Shown piece by piece: positions 23,001-28,624 of a stretch of 64,000 bases of DNA. The number at the start of each line of letters is the position of its first letter. Position 1 is the first letter of the stretch. The notes beneath the pieces were generated by a model, which saw only the letters and a program-made list of their open reading frames with translations, searched no databases and was not told the DNA's origin. This DNA is from Bacteroidales bacterium. Its GTDB lineage: Bacteria; Bacteroidota; Bacteroidia; Bacteroidales; WCHB1-69. The position numbers were made by a program, and so were the translations under genes. The DNA is taken from positions 256,875-320,874 of the forward strand of contig JBGUPJ010000021.1 in the NCBI GenBank assembly GCA_045130235.1, given 5' to 3'.

Positions 23001-26000
23001 CCGTATGCGTTTGAATGGACACCTAACGATGGCGGTCTCAACGCTTACGACACGCTGAATGTGACGGCTCGTCCTTCTGTGGGCACGCACGTCTATACCG
23101 TGACGGTCACCGACTTCAACGGTAGCACGGCTTCTGATGACATCACCATCATTGTGGATTCCATCCCGGCAGTGCCCACGCTGGTCGCTACTGGCAACAC
23201 TGTATGCGACGGCACGCCGAACGGTACCATTACGATAACCAACCCGCTTGATCCGGATTATACCTACTCGCTGAATGGTGGCACTTACCAGAGCGAGCCT
23301 TCGTTTGGCGAACTCGCCCCTGGCACTTATACCGTTACGGTACAGACTCCGGCAGGCTGTACTTCAGATCCGGCTACAGTGGAAGTTCCGGATGAGACCG
23401 CATCACCTGTCATCACCATCGTCCAGACCCTTGACACGCTCTGCCCGAATGTCGGTACCTATACGCTGACCGCAGAGATCGTTGGCGGTGAAGCTCCGTT
23501 CACCTACACTTGGAGCGGCGACGGTGTGGCCGATGCCAATGCCCTCACCACCACGCTGACCGTGGATGCCAATGCTTGTAATACCTTCTACGTTTCTAAT
23601 ATCAATGTGGTAGATGTCAACAACTGTACGGCTACGGATGCCGACACAGTTTACGTGCGCGACACCGATCTGCCCACCATCACGGGCGACCTTGCCGTGG
23701 TGACCTACAATGGCTGCACCATCGATGTGCTGCCCGCCGGTGCCACTACCGCCACCGAACTCGAAGCCCTCGGCGTGACACTGGCCGACAACTGTACCGC
23801 TGCCGATGCCCTTGTCGTGAACATGCGCGAGGTGGTTGACGGAAGCTGCCCCATCGTGGTAAGCCGTTACTACACCGTTACCGATGCCTGCGGTAATGTG
23901 AGCGAGGAGTTCCTCCACACGTTGCAGGTATTCGACAGTGTGGCTCCGCAAGTTACGGTCAATGAGGTGACCACTCACCTGAATGGCTGCGACGAGACGG
24001 CTGCCGTTGCAGTGGCTACCACGTCTGCGCAGTTGCTGACTTTGGGATTTGTATTTGATGATGGATGTACGGATGTCAATGCACTGGTTGTCAATTCTGA
24101 AGAGACGATCGACGGCACTTGTCCGACAACCATCACCCGTACTTATACGGTGACCGATGAATGCGGTAATGTGAGCGCCACGATGACGCACACCATCACC
24201 GTGTTCGACAGCATCGCACCGGTTATCAATGGTGCCATTGCGGATGTGACCGTGGATGGTTGTAGCGTGAACGACATTGCCGACCGTCCGATGGCTACTA
24301 CCGTGGCTGAATTGCTGGCTCTCGGTGGAATCACCATTGATGAGGCTTGCTCATCTGACGATCTAACTTTGAATAGCAGTGAAGCTATTACTTACGGCTG
24401 TCCGATTGTAGTGATGCGTACCTACTCGGTGACCGACTTCTGTGGCAATATCAGCAGCGAGGTGACCGAGACCATCACCATTCAGGATGTGACAGCTCCG
24501 GTATTCGCCGAACAGGTGGCTGAGCACCTGCTGGCATCTACTGACTGCCAGTTTGTGGTTCCCGACCTCGTAGAAGAGGTGAGAGCGGTCAGCTCCGACA
24601 ACTGCGTGACCGATCCTGCCGAGCTCCTCATCACCCAAGAGCCTGCTGCCGGCTCTCCCGTTACCGCCGACATGACGGTGGCCGTGACGGTGACCGACAC
24701 CTGCGGCAATGCGTCTGTGATGAACATCCAGCTCCGTCTGCCCACCGTGGTAACCCTCTCTATCGAGCCTTCTACCACCCAGTATTGCGAATGGGATACC
24801 GTAGCGCTGACGGCTATGCCGGAAGGCGGCAACGGTAACTATACTTACGAATGGACACCCGCCACGGGTCTGCTTTCCACCACCGACTCCATCGTGCTGG
24901 TGAATACAGAAGAGCAGAACTTCACCTACCATCTGGTGGTGACCGACGGCAACGGCTGTACGGCACAGGCCGACTTCACGCTGCCCGAACCGAGCCACCT
25001 GACGGTGAGCGTGGCACAGCAGCATATCATCAGCTGCTTCGAGGGTAGCGATGGCGCTGTGGTGGCTGCCGCCGAAAATGGTGTGACCGACTACACGTAT
25101 GCTTGGAGCAACGGTACAACGGCCGCCTTGTGCGACAACCTCTCAGAAGGTACCTATACCGTAACGGCTACCGATGCATACGGCTGTACGGCTACCGCCT
25201 CCATCGACATCACCCATCCGACAGAACTGACCGCTACTATCTCCGATGAGACCGCGGTGCTCTGCTTCGGCGATGCCAACGGTAGCGGCACGGTGACTCC
25301 GACTGGCGGCACCGCTCCGTACACGGTAAGCATTAACAACAACGCGACCACTTATCCTGTCGGAGAGGGTGATTCCTACACCTTCACCGGCCTTACCGCT
25401 GACACCTATACCGTATTGGTGACCGACGCCAACGGCTGTACGTTCAACGCCACCCTGATGGTGGGTACGCCCGAGGTGTTGGCAGTGACCGAGATGGCCA
25501 ATACCATGCCGCTCTGCTTCAACGGCGACGATGGTACGGCTACGGTGAACCTCACCGGTGGTACGGTGCCTTACACCGTCTCCGTGAACGGCACGGAAAC
25601 ACTGACCGCCGATGCCGAAGGCGAACAGCTGATACATAACCTTTCCGCTGGCAGCTACACCGTTTCAGTGGTGGATGACCACGGCTGTTCTGCCCAGATC
25701 ACCATCACCATCAACCAGCCCGATGCTTTGCAACTGGCTGAGGTGGGCACGGTGAATGTGAGCTGCTTCGGCTTGAGCGATGCTACCGCTACTGTCTCGA
25801 TGAACGGTGGTACTACTCCTTACACGCTGTGGATCAACAACAATGAGCAGCAGCAGACCGTCAACACCATCCAGAATGTGACCTTTACCAACCTGCCCGC
25901 GGGTACACATACCGTAACGGTTCAGGATGCTAACGGCTGCTTAACCACTATGCCGGTCACCATCACCGAGCCTAACGAGCTGGCACTGACGGCTACGAAT

Positions 26001-28184
26001 GCCGTGGCGGTGCTCTGCTTCGGTGATGCTAACGGTTCTATTTTGGTCACGCCTTCTGAAGGGACGGCACCTTATACGGTGACGGTTGACAACTTCGCCA
26101 CTACCCAGACGATTCCTGCGGGTGCTAACTACAACTTTGCAGGGTTGGCAGCTGGCGACTATACCGCCGCTGTGCGCGATGCCAACGGCTGCGAGGCTAC
26201 GGCCGACTTCACCATCACCACCCCGGATGAGCTGACCCTCGCCGAGGCGTCCACCACCGACCCGCTCTGCTACCAAGGCAGCGACGGACAGGTGGAGGTG
26301 ACGATGGCTGGTGGTGTAGAGCCCTATAGCATGACCGTTGACGGTACTGCCTACGCCAATAACCTGACAGCTGGTAACAGCGCCATCACTGATTTGAATG
26401 CTGGCGACCATGTCATTGTCATTACCGATGCCAACGGCTGTACAGCTACGGTGACTTCCACGCTTGGTGAACCCGACCTGTTGACCCTCACCCAGACTGC
26501 CATCACCCCGATTACTTGTCATGACGGTGACGATGGTACGGTGACGATGAGCGTGGCCGGTGGTACGGCTAACTATTCTGTTTGGATTGATGCTTCGTTG
26601 CAGCAGCAAACGCTTGCTTCTACTGCAGAAACCGCCCTCTTTACCGGTATGAACGGTGGGACCCATACCGTGACGGTGGTCGATGACCACCAGTGTACGG
26701 CCACCTTGCAAGTGTCGTTCGTGAATCCTGATCCGTTCTCAACGGTGGTGGATGCCACTACCGATGTGCTCTGCTTCAGCGAGTCCAACGGTACCGTTAC
26801 CTTCACCGTTTCAGGTGGTACGGTGCCCTATATCGTGACGCTCGATCCGACCATTCCTGACATTACCCTGAATAGCGAAGATCCTTATACCTACAGCCAG
26901 CTGTGGGCCGCCGACTATCAGGTCAGCATCGTGGATGCCCACGGATGTGAGGCTACGATGCAGTTCACCATCAACCAGCCCGATACGCTGGATGTGGAAG
27001 CACGAGTGGTGAACCATGTCAGCTGCTTCAGCTATACCGATGGTAACGTGACCGCCGATGTGACCGGTGGTGTTCAGCCCTACAGCTACAACTGGGACAA
27101 CGACCAGCACGAGCAGAATCTGAACAACGTGGGTTCTGGCTTCTATGTGGTGACAGTCTCCGACTACAACGGTTGTATCGCTACCGACACTACCTTCGTG
27201 AGCGAACCCGAACTGTTGCATGTAGAGCTGGTGACCGTAACGGAGAGCTGTGCGGGTGAAGAGACCGCTGTGATTGATGTGGATGCTATGGGTGGTACCC
27301 CCGACTACACGTTCCTCTGGAGCAATGGTGCCACTACCGACTCCATCTTCAACCTTGCGGTGGGCTTCTACACGGTAACCGTGACGGATGCCAATGGCTG
27401 TCCCGATACGATGACCGTGGAGGTGCCGTACCACGCACTGCCCGATTTTACCGTTAGTGTGACGCCTGCTTACTGCGACCGTCCCGACGGTACGGCTACG
27501 GTGGTGGGCAGCAACACCGAACTTTACACCTACGATTGGCATGCTGATAACAACCCGAACGCACCGTTCAACGATGCGCTGACGGGAGGCAACTATGTGC
27601 TGACCGTCGATGACGGCGTGTGTACCCTCGACCTGCCGTTCACCATCAACAATATTCCTGGACCGACAGCCAGCTTCGATGCCGATCCTACTACCTTCAT
27701 CCAAGGTGCGGTGGTGCGTTACCATGACCTTTCTTCGGGTACTATCGTGTCGTGGAACTACGACTTCGGTGATGGCAACGGTCAGGATGTCCGGAACCCG
27801 TCGCACGAGTTCGGAGAGCCGGGCGAGTTTATCACAGTGCTGACCGTTACAGACGAGCACAACTGCTTCGATACCGCCCAGATTACCATCACGGTGATTC
27901 CCGATGTCATCTACTACGCTCCGAATGCTTTCACCCCGAACGAAGACGGTATCAACGATATGTGGCTGCCGGTGATGAGCAACTATGGCGATGATTTCTA
28001 TGAGTTGTACATCTACAACCGCTGGGGTCAGCTGATCTTCAAGTCCAACGATCCGAATGTGGGCTGGGACGGTACCTTCAATGGTAAGAATTTGGAGGCC
28101 GGAGTGTATGTGTATGCGGTTGGCTATCACAATTTGATGGGTAAACTCATCAAGAGAGAAGGCACGATTACTTTGATTCGTTAA
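5088..28184 (+). CDS. Giant (7,698 aa) T9SS-secreted, SprB-like repeat adhesin with type-B C-terminal sorting domain
   Basis: The ORF is 23,097 nt and uninterrupted. It starts with the signal peptide 'MKRLGFKLLLAAAMGMLLGHVHA-Q'. It contains Ig-like modules and at least 34 HYR-like modules carrying '(T/V)RTYTVxDxCGN'. SprB-type repeats such as 'CFGDANGSxTVTPTGGTAPYTV...YTVxVTDANGC' follow, then a PKD domain ('WNYDFGDGNGQDVRNPSHEFGEPGEFITVLTVTDEHNC'). The C-terminus 'PNAFTPNEDGINDMW...IYNRWGQLIFKS...GWDGTFNGKNLEAGVYVY...GTITLIR' matches the gliding-motility-associated type-B T9SS CTD (TIGR04131-like). Confidence 0.93.
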   Translation: MKRLGFKLLLAAAMGMLLGHVHAQNTNNLCLNANPFCTDENPYGVSFPAGTDATATPDLPDAQRGCLYYTPAPAWYVMQIDNPGDLLIYMQHSGGRDIDFACWGPFTGYNTYGELLQAVCTSRLTGNGSTHRPNNGYHDPNNPGTWGGYPNGNLIDCSYSAASTEWCFIPDAQVGQWYIFLICNYSRASGTISFNVQDGEATTNCNILANISNNGPLCEGEDLQLFCNATSTIGYTWTGPNGFTSNQQNPIIPNVTPAASGTYTVTYRPNNANEVQTGTTTVEVYDRPTAEITPSQEGLCNGEAVMLYGSSDCATCQYQWSNGSNQHSISVLPTVTTTYTLTVTNGNCSSVASQTILVGAVPTVAVAPSVITLCSAIGYVDLEAISTQCGTGCTYEWSNGVTGAVDHVTMGDCTPDVDNIFTVTCTNSYGCTAEAYAIVRMTENVNVADCNVFYADNHGDPVSQGLTPSSPTTVQHAIEQASCTNAIIRLDTGVYVIDQPIHLASNLTIEGGFMDDYKVKTSEIGATTIYRSSQYVEGTSMAPRLVAIEASSLNDFRLQDLTIQTADAPNLPGINTTTNAADDKDCYNMVEPGEQMPAAYVHCGNTAISAYQILPGQNPYSRFVTLYKSAELGGVPATFTALGLDVATVTDVPVDGNLRYVTITFIEVPFENFNDYCQANGTAPTGSGVGYYTDLFGMPGATVVYDGYFCVDGTGLLTFPINYDYQGGNLIVIFDGIACYTSNNNGGCTITVQGGTTNASDYMSGRMTVQSNTPLSGQWDRIPRYFPERPNISFFTCTDRTVEGNVVATVNPGTTPQSFPLPGDAGHHRTAALYTSSEIGTGPRMLSGIALDVANISPVAGRTRTVRIYLKNTTDATLTPGQVWNQYISNSSLVYSGTFCEDATGWTTFPVNFAYEGNNLMVMIEGEGCGSTGGCPVMVNCSSVADQCVFTTTNDGAYYSINSLSASAYRPNLQLYSTSTEDDIFYVNESNYGVSTYGVHLANCGRYDIVRCRIIAGNASQGKNGTPGKNGGDGGDGGNGSLGLTGVIEDGTPNGEMGTQFVSGGAGGLGGRAGTSAGTATPAGQGGNGGNGGQYGTETPYSTNAGGNGTDGGNNPNSRTMGHTNDAQASSSPGTVTATAQWSNASLIQTAANGSSGVNGVNGVTANPVYNNYFNPGVQVNGGDGTGGSGGGGGGGGGAAAAKNTYDSDMRLALASGSGGGGGGGGGGGGQGGGGGYGGGSSFGIYSYNDAGSRTIMDCYITAGSAGIGGDGAIGGTGGVGGAGGVCNDIASTRARRNNNNALTDYMAYAYAGYGDNGGSGGSGGSGGRGANGAPGASHATVDVTNLGVPTAPAAGFTNWQNLTTQPVIYAGSHEHPYTSCTDVDMDMCDENSSLYYTTFGSEATPASGNSCTTIQYTGTTSDLPGQVTATGRKTPRATGASSSGYYSGFNLVLFSPIDPGHITGNPDVCPGDYSYCITYEPGYFYSWDIIQGREYAEFISDTTLNCVAVTFTNITTEVQQVALEVQISPPCCPSFARDTFWIDVEPMVHISYLTPDMRLCTGDDATLTVTATPPDATYQWMLNGNPISGANTNTYEITDASPVNTGEYVVVVTGACNVEMDTVEVTLYTMPVVEVVVDEPLCVPDYPLFIFTSNMNGVEITYTFEGNTYTEILDEGENYVDWIEAHGTGIVSVISAISPDGCENTAISQDLFLAMNSDDVTSAGPDRTYCETYVPIEAVEPDNEGDHVSYGHWEFVSAMPPANTVIFDDVNAYSTHITASGPGTYEIRWVLTVESPCPDEVADTVVITITQPLNFNFSPNPASCYGEPVDLTAIGSGGTSPYTYYWIDNSDPSNPEVISVEDHADGLVPGVNYLLVMMDENECELDSNFVIELLASQTVSIRDIDTICPNENSFPITIDISQGTAPFHISLSCQGRTYNFDSDESQVDYTMPLLNTGCDLHDTIFMTVSDDNGCTAYDTAAFVVADIYAPVISGIIPNDTFACPSDIPVAFNSLSMLTQNLSGGDNTITDNCSIGVMLSMTMSETTDIEGCKYTIVRTYTVSDACNNSSTVTHTIIVEDTIAPVVVGTLSDMNVTCVDDVTSEISDLNTLISTYRLTVSDNCSPLGDLTLAATTENFTALCGASYIRTYTITDTCGNSTDIIQNIIFNDNTPPVVTGTLRDTTIYAAADCSFSNVTAYATVSDLAVAGVTVTDCNLVDEITYVDDNTDPIDVCEKIITRTYTITDSCNNSVDISQQIHVVDTISPAVVDNLRDTNVYYIDAQCHYNEVAVLNITDFEVTDCNDVNLTVTHRDTVGAPGDCEWSYVRVYSFTDICNNAPTILEQTITVRDTTRPQVVDNLEDTILYYTGNECELDPFPHLTLSDFDVEDCRYENLQFSVVERDTTSGGEGCEWTYTRVYTFADDCNNTTVSIDQLITVRDTTRPDIAGTLPDTTIYRLADCTYELPANLTIAGLEAAGLTITDCNLDNTVAVSDANLVGNDCSATVVRTYTISDLCGNSNTITQNIIIEDTTRPYLTAPIADSLLTATNCDFVVPDFVTIARTLAVDNCTATANIDIQQSEAAGTPVTDAMDVTVTLEDACGNDTSYTIHISLPEELTLTLHQGDTAICEGQSVTLPTTFTGGVAPYTYEWQPTSGLNVADADTVVATPEDGTYNYQVTITDNNGCTASQTVTVIVDTLPAEPTLTPTPDVACQGGSNGTITIEDPVGAGYSYSLNGAAFQDTTNVYSGLSANNYTVVVQSNTVNGTNCQATSTIEVESSPTNPRVAIDSLDVDLLLCPNQGTQVITARILSGTEPYVVAWTGATVDPADSLTATVAVDAAACDSVYTVSIMITDGNECEASSEYAFRIVDTLAPAIHGVLVNDTVACPNDVPAPYADLTALNAALVGNDAGIEDSCTAFANLVMTMETADYTQSCDYQIVRTYNVADECGNSSSITHTIIVHDTIAPVITGTIDAEMVVCVADFTDAVQTVDDLLALLQGGTITDNCCDAEHLTLTSTTDNFTSYCNGDYVRTYTVTDSCGNFTSIEQHLIVNDNVNPVIEGTLADITIFADSSCNHTLPTAFTTVTELSAQGLTITDCNLVSEIQFADADMVDYDACNTLVVRTYTVSDSCNNSSTITQNIYIQDTIHPWLSEMIADSLLTGVNCEFVVPDFVAIAVTLAQDNCTAQADINVEQSPAAGTSADADGDVTITLTDVCGLQTTYTVHYTLPTEPVLMLHQGDTAVCEGQSVTLPTTLVDGTAPFTYSWTPTAGLNVTNADTVVATPDRGTYTYTVTVTDANGCTSQVSVTVEVDTIPATPVMTQEPNVACHGDANGSITITHPVGNGYSYSLNGADFQDTTNVYNGLIQGQYTVVVMTDAQAACKATNTIEVENSPAIPSVAIDTLLVDLCPNQGTQEVTAQILSGLAPYVVTWENATMDATDSLLATVTFDAAVCDSNYSVTVRIVDGNECETYSNYVFRVADSLAPVMADFVDTLRVEGCDDSAAPAVLTTEDELATLGMSYTDECTAVGNFAVSCTSDTAGTCPIVITRYYTVTDECGHVSNPAIHRILIDDETAPEVTVAEVIDTLNSCGAQNAPAAATTPAELQAIGFAFSDLCTATADLTLSLVADTTSDGCTVEMNRTYTVTDACGNESAVMTHIIRIHDSIAPVINNEIPELTLYGCDTTTVLAAYPPATTVAELLALGGISITEACTPQDEIVVHHRADSTGLCEIVVTRTYWVEDACGNLSNEVSHVIRILDTFAPTVNVTLSDTTIYYTTTHCDYDEVAILSQDYFNAQDCHQVNMEVVHHDTVGAPGDCEWSYMRDYRFTDECGNGPVIVSHQIMVKDTMRPQVVDDLRDTILYFVGNDCTLPTYPRLTLSDFNVEDCRYDNLQFSVIERDTTNNGEGCEWSYTRIYTFADDCNNTSVSIDQLITIQDTTRPAIDGTLLDLTVYRLEDCSFVLPDTLTIAGMSESLVITDCNLDHNNVGIAHSDMEGDNCDGTIIRTYTLSDLCGNSTTINQTIHIVDTTRPYLTEIIPDTVLVSNDCHFVVPDFVTIAYGQSHDNCTAVADLTITQSVAAGTDVTADMDVTVTLADACGNDTSYTIHLTMPTVPQITLHQGDTAICEGESVLLPTTYENGTAPYEFSWTPTDGLSSTMADTVTATPAHGVYVYVVTITDANGCTATATATVTVDTLPAIPDLTSEPNVACHGDANGSIQVIAPLGTGYSYSLDGVTFQDETLFENLTDSNYVVTVLTAEGCQSTGNVTVGRSPAIPAVTIDSLAADLLLCPNQGTQTITAQILNGLAPYEVTWTGATQSATDSLTATVDVDATNCNAIYSVTVTIVDGNECEAHSTYNFSIVDTMTPIITGIVPNDTVACPNDVPAVFADLTALAAALVGDETSIIDSCTTFANLEMSVETAEYVQSCEYQIVRTYSVTDECGNTSSITHTIYIHDTIAPVISGTLADVTVVCVEDMPAAVQTVAELLAMLQGDDAAITDNCSDFAGLTLTSATPEFTALCHASYVRTYTVSDTCGNTTTITQNLIFEDNVNPVVEGALADITIYTDSSCNHTLPAAWTTVADLTDAGLDISDCNLSSDVTASDADMTVVDACTNLVVRTYTVSDSCGNSTTTSQNIYIEDTIHPWMQPIADTLLVSTDCHFLVPNFEAAAALLAHDNCTADADIDIQQSIPAGTELSDAADVVLTLTDLCGLQSTYTIHVTIPEELQIAILQDDTAFCDGGNVALATEVTGGTPDFTYSWTPTTGLDDPASSAPVATPTEGTYNYEVEVTDANGCTSLAGVEVVVWESPDTAVVTITPNSMCEGGFNGIIEVTSPLGTYYQYSLNGDEYQVSPIFDELRAGTYVITVQTLDGCTSQSVTVVVPNSDNMPNASIVVDNPVICPNAGNQTVHVTVTGGDTPYGYEWLGEAVITSQDDEAVVQIDPDACDSVYTFSIEVVDVNNCVATAYATITARDVDAPVVDGQLDSIVVDGCSAEDAPAAQTAAEQLEGMGVTISDNCTDNEDIVVTYADVVTGSCPIQVTRTYTLTDHCGLQTSIPQIIQIQDVEAPVAENPDFEENVQGCSLADAPAVVASVQELSDMGFEISDNCTDIDDLTFTYEESSAGNCPIMLLRQYVIYDVCQNASDTLWHTIYIMDDVEPVISGTVATRLIEGCDITALGDDTLVHTVAGLQALGLQVTEDCSFDELLVYAEEEVNGHCPIVVTRSYFVEDLCGNRSNTVTQIINIQDTTPPVFEGLPTELTLTSDECLFFVPDFEEEAMNHVTDNCGGLTFEQSIEDGTTLSASTDIVLTMTDECGNSASHTIHLIVPEELQVSIAQQDTAFCEGGSVVLTATVTGGTADYVFAWTPTTGLDASDQSQVTATPTTGDYPYEITVTDANRCVATASVNVTVYETPAAAVLDASDNTICNGTPNGTITVTSPLGAYYEYSLNGGEYQSDPVFSNLDAGDYVVVVRTADGCLSAEATTTIQTVLNWPEVTISVEGNLTMFCPSVGTREVTAATTGGQPEYTYTWSGVTNSNDETATVDVNPDACDTTYQVMVVVEDEYHCTATASVTLTARDVTPPAILGRLDTSVYYGCDVSVLPSPATTGLQLNALGLMLSENCTNPDICEVSSYDDVSGYCPITIVRHYTIIDHCGNVSNELQQVMLVLDNVAPTVTAANITTNVNGCTVAAAPAVITDPTELAAFGFTFSDNCSDITDLTVSCEADTSDTHCPITIVRTYTVTDPCGNSRAGMVNTIEIFDSVAPALSGTIATVAIDGCDLTALEGYAAVTTADALAALGITINEECSDVEVFSEETSEGECPIVVTRTYWVVDECGNVSNTVSQTINIQDTTSPYFTSVIPEQYLVGQGGQFFIPDLSAIALALSGDNCTPQGQMTMTQTPAVGVQVTHDQDVTVVIYDLCNNTDTMLVPVILPDVLQIHIVQDDARFCFGDSILLTPSVGGGSAPYAFEWTPNDGGLNAYDTLNVTARPSVGTHVYTVTVTDFNGSTASDDITIIVDSIPAVPTLVATGNTVCDGTPNGTITITNPLDPDYTYSLNGGTYQSEPSFGELAPGTYTVTVQTPAGCTSDPATVEVPDETASPVITIVQTLDTLCPNVGTYTLTAEIVGGEAPFTYTWSGDGVADANALTTTLTVDANACNTFYVSNINVVDVNNCTATDADTVYVRDTDLPTITGDLAVVTYNGCTIDVLPAGATTATELEALGVTLADNCTAADALVVNMREVVDGSCPIVVSRYYTVTDACGNVSEEFLHTLQVFDSVAPQVTVNEVTTHLNGCDETAAVAVATTSAQLLTLGFVFDDGCTDVNALVVNSEETIDGTCPTTITRTYTVTDECGNVSATMTHTITVFDSIAPVINGAIADVTVDGCSVNDIADRPMATTVAELLALGGITIDEACSSDDLTLNSSEAITYGCPIVVMRTYSVTDFCGNISSEVTETITIQDVTAPVFAEQVAEHLLASTDCQFVVPDLVEEVRAVSSDNCVTDPAELLITQEPAAGSPVTADMTVAVTVTDTCGNASVMNIQLRLPTVVTLSIEPSTTQYCEWDTVALTAMPEGGNGNYTYEWTPATGLLSTTDSIVLVNTEEQNFTYHLVVTDGNGCTAQADFTLPEPSHLTVSVAQQHIISCFEGSDGAVVAAAENGVTDYTYAWSNGTTAALCDNLSEGTYTVTATDAYGCTATASIDITHPTELTATISDETAVLCFGDANGSGTVTPTGGTAPYTVSINNNATTYPVGEGDSYTFTGLTADTYTVLVTDANGCTFNATLMVGTPEVLAVTEMANTMPLCFNGDDGTATVNLTGGTVPYTVSVNGTETLTADAEGEQLIHNLSAGSYTVSVVDDHGCSAQITITINQPDALQLAEVGTVNVSCFGLSDATATVSMNGGTTPYTLWINNNEQQQTVNTIQNVTFTNLPAGTHTVTVQDANGCLTTMPVTITEPNELALTATNAVAVLCFGDANGSILVTPSEGTAPYTVTVDNFATTQTIPAGANYNFAGLAAGDYTAAVRDANGCEATADFTITTPDELTLAEASTTDPLCYQGSDGQVEVTMAGGVEPYSMTVDGTAYANNLTAGNSAITDLNAGDHVIVITDANGCTATVTSTLGEPDLLTLTQTAITPITCHDGDDGTVTMSVAGGTANYSVWIDASLQQQTLASTAETALFTGMNGGTHTVTVVDDHQCTATLQVSFVNPDPFSTVVDATTDVLCFSESNGTVTFTVSGGTVPYIVTLDPTIPDITLNSEDPYTYSQLWAADYQVSIVDAHGCEATMQFTINQPDTLDVEARVVNHVSCFSYTDGNVTADVTGGVQPYSYNWDNDQHEQNLNNVGSGFYVVTVSDYNGCIATDTTFVSEPELLHVELVTVTESCAGEETAVIDVDAMGGTPDYTFLWSNGATTDSIFNLAVGFYTVTVTDANGCPDTMTVEVPYHALPDFTVSVTPAYCDRPDGTATVVGSNTELYTYDWHADNNPNAPFNDALTGGNYVLTVDDGVCTLDLPFTINNIPGPTASFDADPTTFIQGAVVRYHDLSSGTIVSWNYDFGDGNGQDVRNPSHEFGEPGEFITVLTVTDEHNCFDTAQITITVIPDVIYYAPNAFTPNEDGINDMWLPVMSNYGDDFYELYIYNRWGQLIFKSNDPNVGWDGTFNGKNLEAGVYVYAVGYHNLMGKLIKREGTITLIR
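8150..9100 (+). repeat. Glycine-rich low-complexity coding segment of the giant gene
   Basis: The translation contains 'NGTPGKNGGDGGDGGNG', 'GGAGGLGGRAGTSAGT', 'GGDGTGGSGGGGGGGGGAAAAK', 'GSGGGGGGGGGGGGQGGGGGYGGG' and 'GDNGGSGGSGGSGGRGANGAPG'. At DNA level these are long runs of GGY codons. Confidence 0.85.
11040..24900 (+). repeat. Seven diverged tandem super-repeats (~1.8-2.6 kb each) inside the giant gene
   Basis: The anchor motif 'xC(E/D)G(Q/E/G)SVxLxT...PYxYxWTPTxGL' recurs at about 12945, 14800, 17450, 19290, 21105, 22925 and 24775. Each unit is an Ig-like module, a SprB-like module, a second Ig-like module and 3-7 HYR-like modules. Aligned stretches I compared by eye (12175-12540 against 16675-17040) are roughly three-quarters identical. 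Confidence 0.75.
24990..27650 (+). repeat. Block of ~11 consecutive SprB-type repeats (~75-80 aa) in the giant gene
   Basis: Each unit recurs as 'L(T/A)xxxxxxxxxxC(F/Y)xxx(D/N)Gxxxxxxx GGxxPYxxxxxxx...YTVxVxDxxGC'. Confidence 0.8.
27906..28181 (+). other. Type-B T9SS C-terminal sorting domain of the giant protein
   Basis: The last ~92 aa match the hallmark positions of the gliding-motility-associated C-terminal domain: NAFTPN.DG.ND, NRWG, GWDG and G.Y.Y. Confidence 0.85.
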
Positions 28185-28186
28185 AG

Positions 28187-28624
28187 ATGAAGGTAAGAGC
28201 GCTTTTATGGATAATTATGATTGCCCTCCTTGCCTCGTGCGATAAGTACGAGCAGGGAGGCTATCTCTATCAAACTCCGCAAAATATCAGGGGTACTTGG
28301 GAGTATGAGGAGGTGGTGGAAAACCATCTGCCGATGGACGATAGCACCTTCGAAGCCCGTTACCGCCACTCTTCCGTTACCTTCGAACGGGGGAGTAGCG
28401 CCGTTTTTCATTGGAAAATACAGGATTCTATCGAGCAAGAGGAACATGCCTCATACGTCTTCAACTATAATAAAACGAAACTGTGCGTCATTTTCGATGC
28501 CTATCCTTTGGACGAACAAGTCTGGGTGGTGAATAAGTTGACGAAAGATGAATTTTGGTTCTCCTGTGTCCTGAGCGATGATGAGTCAGTGGATATTAAA
28601 TTAAAGAAAATTGCTAAAAAATGA
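28187..28624 (+). CDS. Small lipoprotein, lipocalin-like domain
   Basis: The 145-aa product has a lipobox in 'MIALLASC|D'. 'GTWEYEEV' and 'NKLTKDEFWF' resemble the bacterial lipocalin-like (Lipocalin_4) pattern. The ATG lies 2 nt after the giant gene's TAA. Confidence 0.65.
   Translation: MKVRALLWIIMIALLASCDKYEQGGYLYQTPQNIRGTWEYEEVVENHLPMDDSTFEARYRHSSVTFERGSSAVFHWKIQDSIEQEEHASYVFNYNKTKLCVIFDAYPLDEQVWVVNKLTKDEFWFSCVLSDDESVDIKLKKIAKK

Noticed and set aside
5172-28130. There are dozens of long ORFs on the minus strand and in alternative plus frames inside the giant gene, for example 26811..28130 (439 aa), 12180..13229 (349 aa) and 56298..57566-style shadows elsewhere.
   Set aside because: They all lie fully inside a much longer ORF with clear domain content. 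Their translations are His/Arg/Val/Gly-rich with no motifs, as expected for antisense frames of ACC/GGT/GAC-rich coding DNA. None has a promoter box or independent support.
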